In this document: positions 61,143 through 64,000 of the stretch, in pieces
How the letters are laid out: each line of letters opens with the position of its first letter
How positions within the stretch are numbered: position 1 is the stretch's first letter
Notes under the pieces: generated by a model
Seen by the model: only the letters and a program-made list of their open reading frames with translations
The model's database searches: none
Told to the model about the DNA's origin: nothing
Origin: an uncultured Pelagibacteraceae bacterium
GTDB taxonomy: Bacteria > Pseudomonadota > Alphaproteobacteria > Pelagibacterales > Pelagibacteraceae
Direction of reading: 5' to 3'
NCBI GenBank assembly: GCA_902535275.1
Contig: CACASS010000001.1
Span: forward strand, 316 to 64,315
Length of the DNA stretch: 64,000 nt
Translations under genes and position numbers: made by a program

Positions 61143-62237
61143 TTAACATCCTTTAAAGGATTTTGACATATTTTTTATTAAATCAAAATATAAACCTTTT
61201 CCAGGAGTTAAAGTTGCACCCAACGGATCAACAATACCGGTTTTAATATTCATATCTTTTGCAACAGCTTTAATGATGTCTGGATTAAATTGAGGCTCAG
61301 AAAATACACAAGCTACTTTATCGTGCTCAATTACTTCTCTGATTTCTGAAAGTTGTTCCGCACCAGGTAATACATCTGTATTAACTGTGAAAGCTCCTAA
61401 TATATTTACATTAAATCTTTTCTCAAAGTATTGGTAAGCGTCGTGAAAAACGATCGAGGCAGTACTTTCATTAAGTTCTGCAGTTACATCTTTTGTAAGT
61501 TTATCAATTTCTTTATAAGCCTTACTTAAATTTGCTCTATAAGCAGCTTCATTTGTTGGGTCATTTTCAATTAAGTGCTTAGACATTTCAAATAAAATAA
61601 CTTTTGCATTAATTGGGTCTAACCAAATATGTGGATCAAATTCACCGTGGTGGTGTCCTTCGTGTCCATCATGATCATCATGGTCATCATGCCCATCTTC
61701 TTTTTTTGCATGGTCATGATCATCGTGGTCATCCTTTTTCTTATGTCCATGATCGTCATGATCGTCCTCTTTATGCCCATCTTCTTTTTTTGCATGGTCA
61801 TGATCATCGTGATCGTCTTTTTTCTTGTGTCCGTGATCATCATGATCATCGTGATCGTCATGGTCATCAAAAATATTTCTCTCTCTAAATTTTAATTTAA
61901 CTAAACCTTTAATCTCTAATAACTCAATTTTTTCTGCCTCATTAGCAATTGAGTCTAACGGTTTTTCTAAAAAATTTTCTAAATCTTCACCTACCCAAAA
62001 AACAATGTCAGCATCTTGTAACATTTTTGCATGCGAGGGTTTCATGGCAAATCCATGTGGTGAAGCGTATCCTTCAACTATTAAATCTGGTTTAGCTACA
62101 CCATCCATTAAATAGCTAGCTAAAGAGTGTATTGGCTTAATTGATGCAACGACTTTGATGTCGGCATTTGCTGATGTAAATAAAGTTAAAAATGATAGTA
62201 TTGTTAAGATTATTGAAGATTTTTTTAGATTTTTCAT
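61143..62237 (-). CDS. znuA: zinc ABC transporter substrate-binding protein
   Basis: SIKPIH, SPH, DPHIWL, FHDAYQYFE, long His/Asp loop. Confidence 0.95.
   Translation of the reverse strand: MKNLKKSSIILTILSFLTLFTSANADIKVVASIKPIHSLASYLMDGVAKPDLIVEGYASPHGFAMKPSHAKMLQDADIVFWVGEDLENFLEKPLDSIANEAEKIELLEIKGLVKLKFRERNIFDDHDDHDDHDDHGHKKKDDHDDHDHAKKEDGHKEDDHDDHGHKKKDDHDDHDHAKKEDGHDDHDDHDGHEGHHHGEFDPHIWLDPINAKVILFEMSKHLIENDPTNEAAYRANLSKAYKEIDKLTKDVTAELNESTASIVFHDAYQYFEKRFNVNILGAFTVNTDVLPGAEQLSEIREVIEHDKVACVFSEPQFNPDIIKAVAKDMNIKTGIVDPLGATLTPGKGLYFDLIKNMSKSFKGC
61647..61868 (-). repeat. His/Asp low-complexity loop with an 84-bp internal duplication
   Basis: DDH triplets; identical 39-mer atgcccatcttctttttttgcatggtcatgatcatcgtg at 61689 and 61773. 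Confidence 0.9.
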
Positions 62238-62257
62238 AATATTTGGTTATTGTTAAT

Positions 62258-62290
62258 TGTTATAATATAACGCTGTGTAATAATATAACA
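62258..62290. promoter_or_regulatory. two tandem Zur boxes between divergent znuA and znuCB-zur
   Basis: TGTTATAATATAACG (62258-62272) and TGTAATAATATAACA (62276-62290) match the GTTAT-N3-ATAAC palindrome. Confidence 0.8.
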
Positions 62291-62310
62291 TATTTAAGTC
62301 AAGTGAATAA

Positions 62311-63057
62311 ATGAGCATGGGAAATAATATTTTAGTAAAATTAAACAATGTTGGTTTTCAACAAAATCAAAAGTGGCTTGTTCAAGGTGTTTCTTTGCAA
62401 GTCGAAAAAGGTAAAATTGTTACCTTAATTGGTCCTAATGGTTCTGGTAAAAGCACAACTGCTAAAATTGCTCTAGGTTTATTTAAAAATATTGAGGGTC
62501 AAGTTGAAAAATTCACAAATAATATAGGTTATGTTCCACAAAAAATATCAATAGATTGGACACTTCCTCTAAGAGTTAGAGATTTTATGCTTTTAACAGA
62601 TAATCTTACAGAAGACGTAATTGATGAAGCACTTTCATTAACTGGAGTAATTAATTTAAAAGATAAAAGTTTGGGAAATTTATCAGGTGGAGAATTTCAA
62701 AGAGTGTTACTTGCCAGAGCTATTTCAAAAAAACCTGAATTGTTAGTGCTTGATGAGCCAGTTCAAGGTGTAGATTTTACAGGAGAAATTGCCTTGTATG
62801 AATTAATTAAAGAAATTTCAGAAAAATTAAATTGCGGTATTTTATTAATATCCCATGACTTACATACAGTAATGAGCGCTACCGATCATGTTGTTTGTTT
62901 AAATGGTCATGTCTGTTGTTCAGGTTCACCTAAAGAAGTTGCAAAAAATAGTGAATACAAAGCATTGTTTGGCGAACAAGCCTCTCAAACTCTTTCAATT
63001 TATGAACATAAGCACGATCATGTTCATGCTAATGATGGGGATATAAAAAAAAATTGA
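62311..63057 (+). CDS. znuC: zinc ABC transporter ATPase
   Basis: GPNGSGKS, LSGGEFQR, SHDLH, HVCCSG, His-rich tail. Confidence 0.95.
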   Translation: MSMGNNILVKLNNVGFQQNQKWLVQGVSLQVEKGKIVTLIGPNGSGKSTTAKIALGLFKNIEGQVEKFTNNIGYVPQKISIDWTLPLRVRDFMLLTDNLTEDVIDEALSLTGVINLKDKSLGNLSGGEFQRVLLARAISKKPELLVLDEPVQGVDFTGEIALYELIKEISEKLNCGILLISHDLHTVMSATDHVVCLNGHVCCSGSPKEVAKNSEYKALFGEQASQTLSIYEHKHDHVHANDGDIKKN

Positions 63058-63058
63058 T

Positions 63059-63862
63059 ATGTTTGACGATTTTTTTATAAGAGCGTTGGTTGCAGGTATT
63101 GGTATTGCTTTTGTTGCGGGACCACTTGGTTGTTTTGTTGTGTGGAGGAGATTGTCTTATTTTGGAGATACACTCGCCCACTCCGCATTACTAGGTGTAA
63201 CAATTGCATATTCATTAGAATTTAATATTGCTGTTTCAATATTTTTAATTTCGTCAGCAATTGCATTAATTTTAATACAACTACAAAAAAAAACTAATCT
63301 TCCAAGTGATGCATTGTTAGGGCTTTTGGCCCACTCGTCATTAGCAGTTGGATTAGTGGTGATTGGATTTTTAACCTTTATTAGATTTGATATTATGGGA
63401 TTGTTGTTTGGGGATATATTAGCAGTTAATAAAAAAGATTTGATAACAATATGGGTTGGTGGAGCCTTAATTTTATTTGTTTTAAGATTAATATGGAAAC
63501 CATTGTTCGCCTCAACTGTAAATTATGAATTAGCACAGGCAGAAGGTCTAAACCCTGATAGAGCAAAAGCAGTCTTTACAGTCTTATTGGCCGCAATAAT
63601 TGCCATATCTATCAAATTAGTTGGAGTGCTATTAATTACAGGAATGTTAATTATACCAACTGCTATGGCTAGAAATCTTTCAGATAACCCGAAAAAGATG
63701 GTGATTTTTGCAATAATAGGAGGATTGTTATCAGTGTTTATAGGATTATTCTCATCTTTAGAATTTAACACTCCATCAGGTCCATCCATAATTGCTGCAG
63801 CTCTAGCGTTGTTTATTTTTTCATTACTTAAAGTTAAGCAAACGATACAATTGAAAAATTAA
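63059..63862 (+). CDS. znuB: zinc ABC transporter permease
   Basis: GPLGCFVVWRRLSYFGDTLAH, LFGDIL. Confidence 0.95.
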   Translation: MFDDFFIRALVAGIGIAFVAGPLGCFVVWRRLSYFGDTLAHSALLGVTIAYSLEFNIAVSIFLISSAIALILIQLQKKTNLPSDALLGLLAHSSLAVGLVVIGFLTFIRFDIMGLLFGDILAVNKKDLITIWVGGALILFVLRLIWKPLFASTVNYELAQAEGLNPDRAKAVFTVLLAAIIAISIKLVGVLLITGMLIIPTAMARNLSDNPKKMVIFAIIGGLLSVFIGLFSSLEFNTPSGPSIIAAALALFIFSLLKVKQTIQLKN

Positions 63863-63887
63863 TGGAATATTATAAAAAAATAATTTA

Positions 63888-64000
63888 ATGCAAAAACAAG
63901 AAACATTAACTAAAAACCAAAAAATAATTTTAGATTTAATTGAAAAATCTGATCAACCATTAAAAGCATACTCAATTTTATTTGATGTTAAAAAAAAAGG
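63888..64000 (+). CDS. zur: Fur-family zinc uptake regulator (partial, runs off the window end)
   Basis: Manual translation MQKQETLTKNQKIILDLIEKSDQPLKAYSILFDVKKK matches the Zur N-terminus (LTxNQ...PLxAY); follows znuB. Confidence 0.85.
   Translation, partial: MQKQETLTKNQKIILDLIEKSDQPLKAYSILFDVKKK

Noticed and set aside
61613-61895. Three overlapping low-complexity ORFs (His-rich, Met/Thr-rich, hydrophobic) or a CRISPR-like array
   Set aside because: They are alternative frames of the ZnuA DDH repeat. There is no repeat-spacer structure and no cas gene.

Overview
A very AT-rich, extremely gene-dense 64 kb segment of an alphaproteobacterial chromosome. The gene order, tiny or overlapping intergenic regions and protein content point to a streamlined SAR11/Pelagibacterales genome (inference). 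Most of it is housekeeping: hom, argC, rplM-rpsI, rpmG, rpmF, plsX, metG, tmk, recG, tgt, gyrA, ssb, uvrA, yajC-secDF, serS, tatABC, scpAB, argS and four tRNAs (Glu, Pro, Ser, Lys). I found no integrase, transposase, prophage, CRISPR array or rRNA. Five things stand out. (1) A ~80-nt leader that folds by eye into a near-perfect four-way junction lies upstream of a metY / alpha-beta hydrolase / metY cluster. (2) A reduced Anbu proteasome-type protease and circularly permuted ATP-grasp pair lacks its usual alpha-E and transglutaminase partners, and the ligase runs straight into glucosylglycerate synthesis genes (gpgP-gpgS). (3) A Zur-boxed operon encodes ZnuA, a COG0523 GTPase, a WD40 protein and a small Cys/His protein. 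(4) The TGT has all four zinc ligands replaced. (5) Two FkbM methyltransferase islets sit at tRNA 3' ends. All family calls come from motif recognition by eye; no database searches were run.
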